Source of the DNA: Bdellovibrionales bacterium
Lineage (GTDB): Bacteria > Bdellovibrionota > Bdellovibrionia > Bdellovibrionales > Bdellovibrionaceae
Direction: 5' to 3'
Assembly: GCA_031370005.1 (NCBI GenBank)
Contig: JANMPT010000024.1
Coordinates: 64,001-128,000 of the forward strand
Length of the DNA stretch: 64,000 bases
Below, one piece after another: positions 55,868 to 64,000 of the stretch. The notes under the pieces are model-generated. The model did not search any database, had not been told where the DNA came from, and was given only the letters and a program-made list of their open reading frames with translations. The position numbers and the translations under genes were made by a program. Position 1 is the first letter of the stretch. The number at the start of each line of letters is the position of its first letter.

Positions 55868-55986
55868 TTTTATGATTTTCACCGGAAATATTTAAAATTG
55901 TGCTCTTTTTGCAACAGGCAAAGACTTGCCTGTTGCAGTTCTTTGTTCTTAATTAGGAACTTATTTAATGAGAAAGGCTCGCGCAG

Positions 55987-56403
55987 ATGACGTCCAACAA
56001 CAAAGGTAAAGACAGAGAAGTCGGATTTAAAGCAACTATGGAAGTGAAGGTGACTGATAAAATGGTTCGTCAATTTGCTGAAATGTCCGGCGATTTCAAC
56101 CCCATTCATCTTGATGATGACTTCGCAAAGTCCACGCGTTTCGGTCGTCGCATAGCTCATGGCATGATCCTGGGCGCGCTGATATCTCGTGCGCTCAATG
56201 AGCAGCTTGGTTCAGGAGGCGTCTATCTTGCGCAGAACTTAAAATTCGTAAACCCAGTTTTCATTGATGACACTGTTATTATTGAGCTAACTGTGACTGC
56301 CGTTCGCAAAGAAAAAGGCATTGCGAGCATAGACACGATAGCAAAAAAGAAAAGTGGAGAAACAGTTGTTAAGGGCGATGCCATTATCATGATGGCTCAA
56401 TAA
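55987..56403 (+). CDS. MaoC family (R)-enoyl-CoA hydratase-like protein
   Basis: SGDFNPIHLD...FGRRIAHGM. Confidence 0.92.
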   Translation: MTSNNKGKDREVGFKATMEVKVTDKMVRQFAEMSGDFNPIHLDDDFAKSTRFGRRIAHGMILGALISRALNEQLGSGGVYLAQNLKFVNPVFIDDTVIIELTVTAVRKEKGIASIDTIAKKKSGETVVKGDAIIMMAQ

Positions 56404-56473
56404 CGCAAACGCACAATTCTCTTTTTGTTGCCTTCCATTCTGTCCCGACTAAAGTCGGCAATAGGGGGGGATT

Positions 56474-57811
56474 ATGAAAGCAAACATGTGGGCATTGGTA
56501 CTTATTGTTGTATTTGCAATAAAGGCACAAGCCACTCAGTTACCTTATGTGGATCAGGATTTTACCTGCGTTACTCAACAGCAAGCTCAGAAATATACCG
56601 ACGACTTTGGAATCGACACCGATTCTTTCGGTGGGGTCGAGCTTTGCAATAGCAGTGTGGATACCAAGAAGCTTTTCAATGATTTGCAAATTATTGAGCA
56701 AGGCCAATTTTCAGCTAATGGTGCGAATCTGTTAATCAAAGGCTTTGTTCCTGCGGATCAGTACTATTCTTGGATGAAAACTCAAACTCGCAGCATGAAT
56801 CGGGGAAACAATATTCCTTATGCAACGGCGTACAATAGCTGGGGCAATTTTACGATGCAGGATGGTTGGGCAAAACTTTCAACATTAGGCCGGGTTGGCA
56901 CGGTAATTCATGAAGCACGTCACACGGCAGGCTATCGTCATTACCCTTGTAACCAAGGCCCTTATATGGGAGCAAGCCTTGATGGTTGCGATCTAAGCTA
57001 TGCGCAAGCAGGCTCGCACGCTATTGAAATGGAATACTATGCACGAGTGACTGTTGCTGGGCAAAACTTCCATCCAGTATACAAAGCAATGGCACGCTTG
57101 ATGGCAATGGGCCGCTCTAGTTTTGTATTTAACACGTCACCAATTCAAAAACGCGAAGCAGTTCTTGCCATCGAAGAGCAAGCAGGGCCTGTGATGTTCG
57201 ATGGCTCACGTAAAGTACAAAGGGAAGCAAGTGACTTTGCTGGGCGCTTGAAGCGCACCTCATATGGGGCTGCATTGTTCAATGGTCTTCATGCAGTGGC
57301 TTTGGATCTTTATGAGCTAACTGGTTATCGTCCAAATATAAAAGATGACTACTCTTACTTTAAGCTTTTGGGTATGAGCCAAATGGCTCCTCTGAAAGAC
57401 TTTGAAGAATATGATCGTAATCAGAAACGTTACGTGGCGATCGTGACTTCCTCAAATCAACTTGCAACTTATAATTTCCCTCAGGGGGCTTGGAATTCTG
57501 CAACAACTTTACCGGTTGATGTAGAAAAAACTGCGAACACCTTGCCAAGTGGAGAGCAGGGTTACTTTTTAATCAACAATGGTGGCGATATATACTCTGT
57601 GAACGCCGACAATCAACAGGCGACATCCATGGGTAAAAAATGGGATTCGCAAGTTCAAAGTGCTGCGCAATTTGGCGGTAAAACCTTGCTATTAAAAAAC
57701 GACGGTAACATTTATCAGAAGAATACAGATGGGTCCGAAGTTGTATTTGATAGTGGAAAATACACACAGATGGTGAGTGTTCCGCTTTACGATGCCTTTG
57801 AGGTAAAGTAG
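56474..57811 (+). CDS. Secreted zincin-like metalloprotease with C-terminal beta-rich domain
   Basis: Signal AQA, VIHEARH, downstream E in HAIEMEY, several Cys, GDIY/GNIY repeats. Confidence 0.6.
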   Translation: MKANMWALVLIVVFAIKAQATQLPYVDQDFTCVTQQQAQKYTDDFGIDTDSFGGVELCNSSVDTKKLFNDLQIIEQGQFSANGANLLIKGFVPADQYYSWMKTQTRSMNRGNNIPYATAYNSWGNFTMQDGWAKLSTLGRVGTVIHEARHTAGYRHYPCNQGPYMGASLDGCDLSYAQAGSHAIEMEYYARVTVAGQNFHPVYKAMARLMAMGRSSFVFNTSPIQKREAVLAIEEQAGPVMFDGSRKVQREASDFAGRLKRTSYGAALFNGLHAVALDLYELTGYRPNIKDDYSYFKLLGMSQMAPLKDFEEYDRNQKRYVAIVTSSNQLATYNFPQGAWNSATTLPVDVEKTANTLPSGEQGYFLINNGGDIYSVNADNQQATSMGKKWDSQVQSAAQFGGKTLLLKNDGNIYQKNTDGSEVVFDSGKYTQMVSVPLYDAFEVK

Positions 57812-58473
57812 TGAAAAAACTTCAGGTTTTGTTGACCATTGGATTACTGGTGGCGGTGGGCAATACCTATCGTTATCTTAATCAAATTGAAAGCAATAAT
57901 CATTTAATGCGTGGTCCTGCGGCGATGAGGCCAGGATCTGCGGTAATACCAATGGTGGCAATTGGTAGTAAGCCAGTTTCCGCATCCCAGGAATTTTCTG
58001 CTTTGGTTAAAATTGAAGCCGATGCAATGTCTCAATTAAATGATCATCCTGAAGAAATTCAGAAGCGCCTTAAGGATCTTGCTAGCAAAATGAAAGAGAC
58101 CGATATTCCTGCGCTGCAAGAGACTGCTTTGAATACAGCATTAAATGGTGATCAAAGATTTTTATCGGTATATATTTTAGGTGAGAGTTCTTTACTAAAG
58201 GCCCAAGAAGGTCTCGAGACCATTGCCACTTCGCCGATTCCGGCCTTACACGATTCCCGCCTAATCAATCAGGAAGAGGTGATTCGTGGCCAAGCGGTGG
58301 AATCTCTTCGTCAACCCGAAAGTCTTAATCGTGTTTTGTCAAAAAGTGATAATGCCTTTATCACTGATCGAGCTCAGAGAAATATGCTCTACCGTCAGGG
58401 GAGGATTTCTTCGACTCCCGAGCAGCAGGATCAAGAGGCTCTGGCCCAGCTCCTAAAAAAAACGACTCACTAA
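57811..58473 (+). CDS. Membrane-anchored helical (HEAT-like) hypothetical protein
   Basis: GTG overlaps the previous stop; N-terminal TM; helical repeats. Confidence 0.55.
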   Translation: MKKLQVLLTIGLLVAVGNTYRYLNQIESNNHLMRGPAAMRPGSAVIPMVAIGSKPVSASQEFSALVKIEADAMSQLNDHPEEIQKRLKDLASKMKETDIPALQETALNTALNGDQRFLSVYILGESSLLKAQEGLETIATSPIPALHDSRLINQEEVIRGQAVESLRQPESLNRVLSKSDNAFITDRAQRNMLYRQGRISSTPEQQDQEALAQLLKKTTH

Positions 58474-58479
58474 AACAAG

Positions 58480-59079
58480 TTACTCTATGGGGTCCGAATT
58501 TTCTGCTTGGGCATTAACGCCTGTAAGCTTAAAAACTTTAATGGGCTTGTAAACTTGAAAAGGTGCTGAACCTAGACTTTCAAAAAGAATAATCTCGTGA
58601 ATCTCTATTTTTGCAAATTTCTTTCTTACAAAAGGCGACATCATATCTGTTGTTCTATGGGGGTTGCGAAGTCGGGCAATTGTTAAGTGGGGTGTGTAGT
58701 CTTGAATATCAGATTTATAACTGATGTGCTTCAGCTCCGCAGCCAATTGCTCTTGCAAATATCTGAGAGCCTTTGAGTTTTGGACCCCAAACCACAGGGT
58801 TCTAGAAGAGAATTCGTCAGGAAATGCGCCAATATTAGAAATTTTAAGACTAAATGGGGCAAAGTTTTTTGCGATACTTCCAGTGATCGTTTCTATTTCA
58901 TGAATTTTTTCCTCAGGTGTATTCCCAAGGAACACTAAGGTCACATGATAATTATCAATGTGGACCCAACGAACTTCGATTTGCTTTTGATCGGCATGCA
59001 TCTTGAGTTTTTTAACGACCTGGTGGGCAACTGTTTCCAGCCCGTTTTTCGCGGCAATTGCTAAAAAGAGTCTTCTCAT
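58480..59079 (-). CDS. thpR: RNA 2',3'-cyclic phosphodiesterase (2H family)
   Basis: RLFLAI, HVTLVFLG, PHLTIAR. Confidence 0.92.
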   Translation of the reverse strand: MRRLFLAIAAKNGLETVAHQVVKKLKMHADQKQIEVRWVHIDNYHVTLVFLGNTPEEKIHEIETITGSIAKNFAPFSLKISNIGAFPDEFSSRTLWFGVQNSKALRYLQEQLAAELKHISYKSDIQDYTPHLTIARLRNPHRTTDMMSPFVRKKFAKIEIHEIILFESLGSAPFQVYKPIKVFKLTGVNAQAENSDPIE

Positions 59080-59091
59080 TGCTATATCTTA

Positions 59092-59640
59092 TCATGAAAC
59101 TGAGGAGTAACTCAGATCTTTTGTAATTTGGTGGTAACGACTTTCAAGCCACAAAGATAGGGTTACCATAAAAGGATCCTGGATGTATTCACTTGCCAGG
59201 AGCATCCTGTGCCCGAACTCTTCAGCTGCTATGGGATCAAGACTGCGGTCCACTAGATCAGCAACTTTCTCAATTGCATAGAAATCCTCTTGGTTACGCT
59301 TAGATAGCTGAGGAAGCATTTCAAAGTAGTCGATGCAGACCTTTTTATCGATGGCGTTGATATCTGTAATAACATCTACCAGATTTGGAGCTTCATTTTT
59401 TGGAGCTTTTCCATAAAAATCAAAGAGCCGTTCTACAGGAAGTTTGCAGTGTGTATATTGGAATTTTGGCAAATTGGAATGAGAGGTAATCGTTTTTGAA
59501 TAGTCATGAAGGTATAAAAAATCCTGAAGAAAACTTTGGTTGAGGTTTGGGTATTGAGTTTTTGCGAGGGCCAATCCAAGCTTAACTACGCGTTCACGAT
59601 GGAGTTGGATATGGTGCTGAAATTCCATAAATGTTCTCAA
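59092..59640 (-). CDS. HD-superfamily phosphohydrolase-like protein
   Basis: H(RERV)...LHDYSK...VADLVD H-HD-D pattern. Confidence 0.6.
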   Translation of the reverse strand: MRTFMEFQHHIQLHRERVVKLGLALAKTQYPNLNQSFLQDFLYLHDYSKTITSHSNLPKFQYTHCKLPVERLFDFYGKAPKNEAPNLVDVITDINAIDKKVCIDYFEMLPQLSKRNQEDFYAIEKVADLVDRSLDPIAAEEFGHRMLLASEYIQDPFMVTLSLWLESRYHQITKDLSYSSVS

Positions 59641-59918
59641 GAGTTATTTGCTCCCATTACATACATGTGTATTGTTGCTTGATACCAAAGCAATTTGGCG
59701 ACCGTAAAAAAATCCCGTGGAAGGTCGTTTAAATCGAGGCCATACATCTGCATTGACGAATTTGGTCTGCAGGGCTGTATGTAGAGGCCTAAAATAGGCC
59801 TCTGTCGATGTTTAAGACAGTCAGTGCCTGCTGTTACTAGCTAAATGTGATTAGATCCTGGCATTGGCTGTGCAGCCTTGGACCTGGATCATATAGTACG
59901 TTCAAAAGGAGTTCTTTT

Positions 59919-62159
59919 ATGAAGGTCGACAAAATGTTAGTCCGTGGCAGTCGCCTTGGTATGGTATTTCTAATGACTCTGAGTTTCCAGACAGCTTCCG
60001 TTTGGGCAGCGGAAAGTGCAAAAAATGAAGATGCGGGCCTCCTTCCAATCGAAAAGTCCAATGTAAATAGAAATCTTATAGATGATTTGTTCAATCAAGA
60101 TGAGGCCAATCAGAATTGTTACGGTCAGAACGGTAACCAAAATGGTAACCAAAACGGTAATCCAAATTACACTAACAATCATAATCGAAGCTACGACAAT
60201 CAGAACTATGACAATCGGAACTGCAACAATAATAATATAAATAATTATCAGACATTTAGGCAATCAAATGTGAAGGATGATTTTAAGTGCAATCTGTTTG
60301 AGAGCGTACCTTATGCTGATATTTTAAGTGCGATTAATTCTTTAAACCAAGCCGTGAGTTCTCCGGCCTGCGGTGGCGGCTCTAAAATTAGTGTTCAAGG
60401 AATTGTAGATAATAATAAGACGATTTCTGATGCTGTGAAAGAACTTCGTGGTTATGTTGAAAATCCGGAGACAGTTCAGGCTGAAAACGCTGCTGAAATT
60501 TCAAATAAAGTAGATTTAGCGATTCGTGCAGCAACAACTGTAGCAAGTTCTTTTGCGCAAACGGATCTTTTAAAAAAAGAATGTCGTGAGGCGATGAGCG
60601 CAGGGCAGGTGGCGACATCCATTAATGAAGTGATTAATGGCTTAACTCCCTATGCTTTAATGGCAGCAACTTTGACCACCGGCGGAGCGGCTGCGGTCCC
60701 TTATATTGTGGGCGGCAGCATTATCACTGGTGCCGTGAGTAGTATGGCAAAAATCTTAGACGAAAATGGTTTAAAAGTCGATCAACCAGAAGTTCGTCAG
60801 GCTATCGTGGAAAACACTTGTCAATTTATTCGACTAGATCAGAAGTACAAATTCCTGATTAAATCTCGACAAGAACAAATCAAAAAAATCACTGCAGACA
60901 TTTCCTCATCGCGTAGACTTTTTAGTGCCAAGATAGAACGTCTGTCAGGCACTACTAATGGGCTTGTCGAGCGTAAGAATGCAGTTGACAAAGCTTCGGC
61001 TGAAATCAATGCGACAATGTCAGCGGCTCGCTCACAGCTGGAATTGGACAAGCAATTCATGAGGGGAACTGCGGATGATATCAAAATTTGCCAACTAGGT
61101 ATTCAGCTATCATTAATGGCTCAAGATAAAACATCTTATGTATCTACATTGCTTGCTTCCTTAGACACGGCTTTGATTGCTTACGGATCAAATGGTGTGG
61201 CTCAAGCTCAGGCGTTGAAAGTCAGTGGAAACTTGGCCATGAAAACCCTGCAAAGGGTTGCGGCGAATCAGTTCACCGGTGACGTAAATTTTAAAGAATG
61301 TGCAAATTCGACAAAGTCTTTCGTTGAGACCGTGGATCAATCGGCATCTTTATCTAGGCAGTTGGTAAAGCTTGCGCAAGATAGCATTGAAAAAGGCCTT
61401 CAAAGTAATAAAGAATATAGTTTATACAAGTCTCGTTTGTCGAGCTTAAGCCAAAAAGAATATCAGGCTCAACGTGTAACAGACTCACTTGATAAGCTTC
61501 ATGCGTATGCCAACACGATCACACAATCGGAGATTGATTCCGAGATGGACCGGCTTAGAAGAGGTCTCTTTGCCAACAGTTATATGGGTATGTCTTCGTC
61601 GCCAGTATTAAAGTGGTTTGAATATGTAAATGGCCTGCATAGTGCTGATATTTCGAAATTCCGAAATGGTTTGAAATCTCTTCGCATCCGGGCCTTTAGG
61701 ATGTCGGCTTCAGGAAAGATTTATGGAGGTTATCAAGGTTACGATCTATCGAATGCGAGGAGAGTGAGGCAGGATCAAAAAGATGCTCAGAACCTTGTGC
61801 AGTTCAATCTAAAGGAATTGCCACTTGGTACTATTGGGCACGATGATGCTTGTCGTGAGTTGCAAGACGTTTGGAATCGCTGGATCTCATCAATCGATCA
61901 CCTAGCTGCTTCAGATGCATTCTGTAATATGCTCGAGCCCTATATTTATGATAATCGTCCCGAGGATCAAAGCTTAGTATCTATGTGCCGTGGTTATTCT
62001 AAGAATTCGCCAAATGCTTATTATGGGCAGCCAATTTTATCGACAGTGGCAAAAATGAAAAACAGTCTTGTGACCAACCACACTCGTGATTGGGCCTTGT
62101 TTATTCAAAGAAAAATGGCGGCTTTGGTTTGCTTAGATAGCCATCAAGCAATGAAGTAA
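59919..62159 (+). CDS. Large exported helical hypothetical protein
   Basis: SD AAGGAG before ATG 59919, signal VWA, N-rich insert, hydrophobic hairpin, coiled coils, paired Cys. Confidence 0.65.
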   Translation: MKVDKMLVRGSRLGMVFLMTLSFQTASVWAAESAKNEDAGLLPIEKSNVNRNLIDDLFNQDEANQNCYGQNGNQNGNQNGNPNYTNNHNRSYDNQNYDNRNCNNNNINNYQTFRQSNVKDDFKCNLFESVPYADILSAINSLNQAVSSPACGGGSKISVQGIVDNNKTISDAVKELRGYVENPETVQAENAAEISNKVDLAIRAATTVASSFAQTDLLKKECREAMSAGQVATSINEVINGLTPYALMAATLTTGGAAAVPYIVGGSIITGAVSSMAKILDENGLKVDQPEVRQAIVENTCQFIRLDQKYKFLIKSRQEQIKKITADISSSRRLFSAKIERLSGTTNGLVERKNAVDKASAEINATMSAARSQLELDKQFMRGTADDIKICQLGIQLSLMAQDKTSYVSTLLASLDTALIAYGSNGVAQAQALKVSGNLAMKTLQRVAANQFTGDVNFKECANSTKSFVETVDQSASLSRQLVKLAQDSIEKGLQSNKEYSLYKSRLSSLSQKEYQAQRVTDSLDKLHAYANTITQSEIDSEMDRLRRGLFANSYMGMSSSPVLKWFEYVNGLHSADISKFRNGLKSLRIRAFRMSASGKIYGGYQGYDLSNARRVRQDQKDAQNLVQFNLKELPLGTIGHDDACRELQDVWNRWISSIDHLAASDAFCNMLEPYIYDNRPEDQSLVSMCRGYSKNSPNAYYGQPILSTVAKMKNSLVTNHTRDWALFIQRKMAALVCLDSHQAMK
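60126..60250 (+). repeat. In-frame low-complexity repeat (QNGN x3, then YDN/N-rich)
   Basis: CAGAACGGTAAC CAAAATGGTAAC CAAAACGGTAAT, then AAT/AAC-rich codons. Confidence 0.7.
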
Positions 62160-62166
62160 GTAACTG

Positions 62167-63609
62167 CTAGGCATTCGCTGTTTTACTAGTGCTTGCAAGC
62201 GGTTTTTGAATGATATGAATCGCATGTCCTAGAGTGGCTTCAGCGCATTCCATCACGGCTTCTCCTAAGGTGGGATGAGGATGAATCGATAGAGCAAGAT
62301 CTTCGATACGCGCACCCATCTCAATTGCCAATACGGCTTCTGAGATCAAATTCGAGGCCTCTGGTCCCACAATATGTACACCCAATAAAACATTGGTTTT
62401 TGAATCCGCGATCATTTTTATGAAGCCCTCAGTTTCCATCATACTGACGGCGCGACCATTAGCAGCGAATGGAAATTTCGCAATTTTTAAATCAATAAAA
62501 CCTTTAGCCCTCGCCTCAGCTTCTGTCATGCCAGCTGCTGCGATTTCAGGATCCGTGAAGACAACGGCAGGTACTGTTTTCGCATCGTAAACACGGTTAT
62601 AACCTTTGATGACTTCTGCGACCAAGACCCCTTCATGAGAAGCCTTGTGAGCAAGCATTGGCTGGCCACAAATATCACCTATTGCAAAAATATTTGATAT
62701 ATTGGTGCGACGTTGAGCATCTACTTTTACGAAACCTCTTTCGTCCGTGACAACCCCAGCTGCTTTAAGATTGGATTGGTCTCCATTTGGACGGCGGCCC
62801 ACCGTAACAAGGATCTTATCGGCTTTAATGACTTCATCTTTTCCATTGATTTCAATAGTCACTTCATAAGCATCTTTGGTTTTCTTTTGGCTCTTGGCTT
62901 TTGCTCCATATACAATTTTAACACCAGATTTATCAAGTTTACGAGTGACCACTTGAGCACACTCCGGATCAACCACGCCTGCAAGAAGTGAATTCTGAGC
63001 TTCAATTACCGTAACTTCGCAACCAAGTTTTCTTAGATAAGAAGAAATTTCAAGACCAATGTAGCCGCCGCCGATAGTGACAACGCGTTTTGGAATTTGA
63101 TCCCAAGCCAGCGCACCAGTGGAAGAGACCACGTCCTTTTCGTCGAATTTGAAACCAGGGATTTCAATCGGACGAGAGCCAGTCGCTATGATGAAGTATT
63201 TGCCCTGAATAAGCTCAGTGCCTGAAGAAGATTTAACGCTTATTTCTTTAGGGTTTTTAAACTCAGCTTCTCCTTTGAGAATAACAACACTGTTGCCTTT
63301 TAGGAGCTGGCTTACGCCACCAGACATTTTATCGCAAACGGACTGCTTCCAGGTGACAAGTTGTTTCATATCTACTTCGATGTCGCCTTTAATTTTCAAA
63401 CCCATCGTCGGAAAGTTATGCTGCGCTTTGTGCAGCAAATGAGTCGCGGTGATCATGGCCTTAGATGGAATGCATCCCACATTCAAACAGACGCCGCCCA
63501 GGGATTCTCTTTCAATAATAGCGGTTTTAAAACCAAGTTGAGCTGCACGAATGGCAGCCACGTAGCCGCCGGGGCCAGAACCGATAACGACAATGTCATA
63601 GTTTTGCAT
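62167..63609 (-). CDS. lpdA: Dihydrolipoyl dehydrogenase (E3)
   Basis: GSGPGGY, GGVCLNVGCIPSK, GGGYIG, HPHPTLGE. Confidence 0.97.
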   Translation of the reverse strand: MQNYDIVVIGSGPGGYVAAIRAAQLGFKTAIIERESLGGVCLNVGCIPSKAMITATHLLHKAQHNFPTMGLKIKGDIEVDMKQLVTWKQSVCDKMSGGVSQLLKGNSVVILKGEAEFKNPKEISVKSSSGTELIQGKYFIIATGSRPIEIPGFKFDEKDVVSSTGALAWDQIPKRVVTIGGGYIGLEISSYLRKLGCEVTVIEAQNSLLAGVVDPECAQVVTRKLDKSGVKIVYGAKAKSQKKTKDAYEVTIEINGKDEVIKADKILVTVGRRPNGDQSNLKAAGVVTDERGFVKVDAQRRTNISNIFAIGDICGQPMLAHKASHEGVLVAEVIKGYNRVYDAKTVPAVVFTDPEIAAAGMTEAEARAKGFIDLKIAKFPFAANGRAVSMMETEGFIKMIADSKTNVLLGVHIVGPEASNLISEAVLAIEMGARIEDLALSIHPHPTLGEAVMECAEATLGHAIHIIQKPLASTSKTANA

Positions 63610-63619
63610 GTTTAAGCTC

Positions 63620-64000
63620 CTAAATCATGTCCATCATAAGACGGGCCGGGTTTTCAATGCGCTCAAGGAAAGACTTCAAGAATCTTGCGGCCACGGCACC
63701 GTCGATGAGGCGGTGATCTGCGGTCACGGTATAATTCATAGTTTTAATTGCTTCCAACTGCCCATTTTTAATCACTGGTTTTTCGTCGATTTTATACATG
63801 CCTATGATGGCAACCTCTGGATGGTTGATCACAGGAGTTGCATAGGTCCCGCCGATAGAGCCGATGTTGGTGATGGTGATAGACGCACCCTTCATCTCTT
63901 CCAGTTTTAAACGACCTTCCCGGGCGCGTTTGGAAAGGTCCAAAATTTCTTTGGAAAGCTCAACGATGGTTTTCTGATCAGCGTTTTTGATCACAGGAAC
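63620..64000 (-). CDS. Dihydrolipoamide acyltransferase E2 of a 2-oxoacid dehydrogenase, 3' part only
   Basis: TITNIGSIGG, PVIN, DHRLIDGA; runs off the window end. Confidence 0.93.
   Translation of the reverse strand, partial: VPVIKNADQKTIVELSKEILDLSKRAREGRLKLEEMKGASITITNIGSIGGTYATPVINHPEVAIIGMYKIDEKPVIKNGQLEAIKTMNYTVTADHRLIDGAVAARFLKSFLERIENPARLMMDMI

Noticed and set aside
59783..59803. Hairpin AGAGGCCTA-AAA-TAGGCCTCT as a terminator
   Set aside because: Lies between divergent genes and has no U-tract; could be an operator but nothing else supports this

Overview
64-kb bacterial chromosomal segment, probably Bdellovibrionota (inferred from two TIGR02147-like regulators, many orphan secreted proteins, FliA-type promoters and the general gene set). 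The left part is core-like: batA-D, a GT2 plus two GT-C membrane glycosyltransferases, two lytic transglycosylases, a c-di-GMP-I (GEMM) riboswitch with no convincing downstream gene, mrp, a DUF4143 AAA ATPase, glyQS and ppdK. A ~28-kb accessory-looking block follows (22991-51301). It holds a cyclic beta-1,2-glucan synthase, a TIGR02147 regulator between two paralogous lipoproteins, a PepSY/phosphoesterase two-component module with visible operator repeats, and a receptor-less REC-CheA/Hpt/REC-RHH/PAS-kinase cluster. That cluster sits next to a GNAT-type acyltransferase, a heme-oxygenase-like diiron enzyme and a stand-alone PAS-like protein. The block also has a persulfide dioxygenase-rhodanese module and a Cyc2-like cytochrome-porin operon. 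The right part is core-like again: aminopeptidase, TonB, PilZ, PhoH, MaoC, thpR, lpdA and a partial E2 gene. I saw no tRNA, rRNA, CRISPR array, integrase or transposase. The best candidate for an undescribed system is the GNAT + diiron oxidase + PAS + phosphorelay cassette at 38180-44306, a putative small-molecule signalling circuit. All family calls come from reading motifs by eye; no database searches were run.
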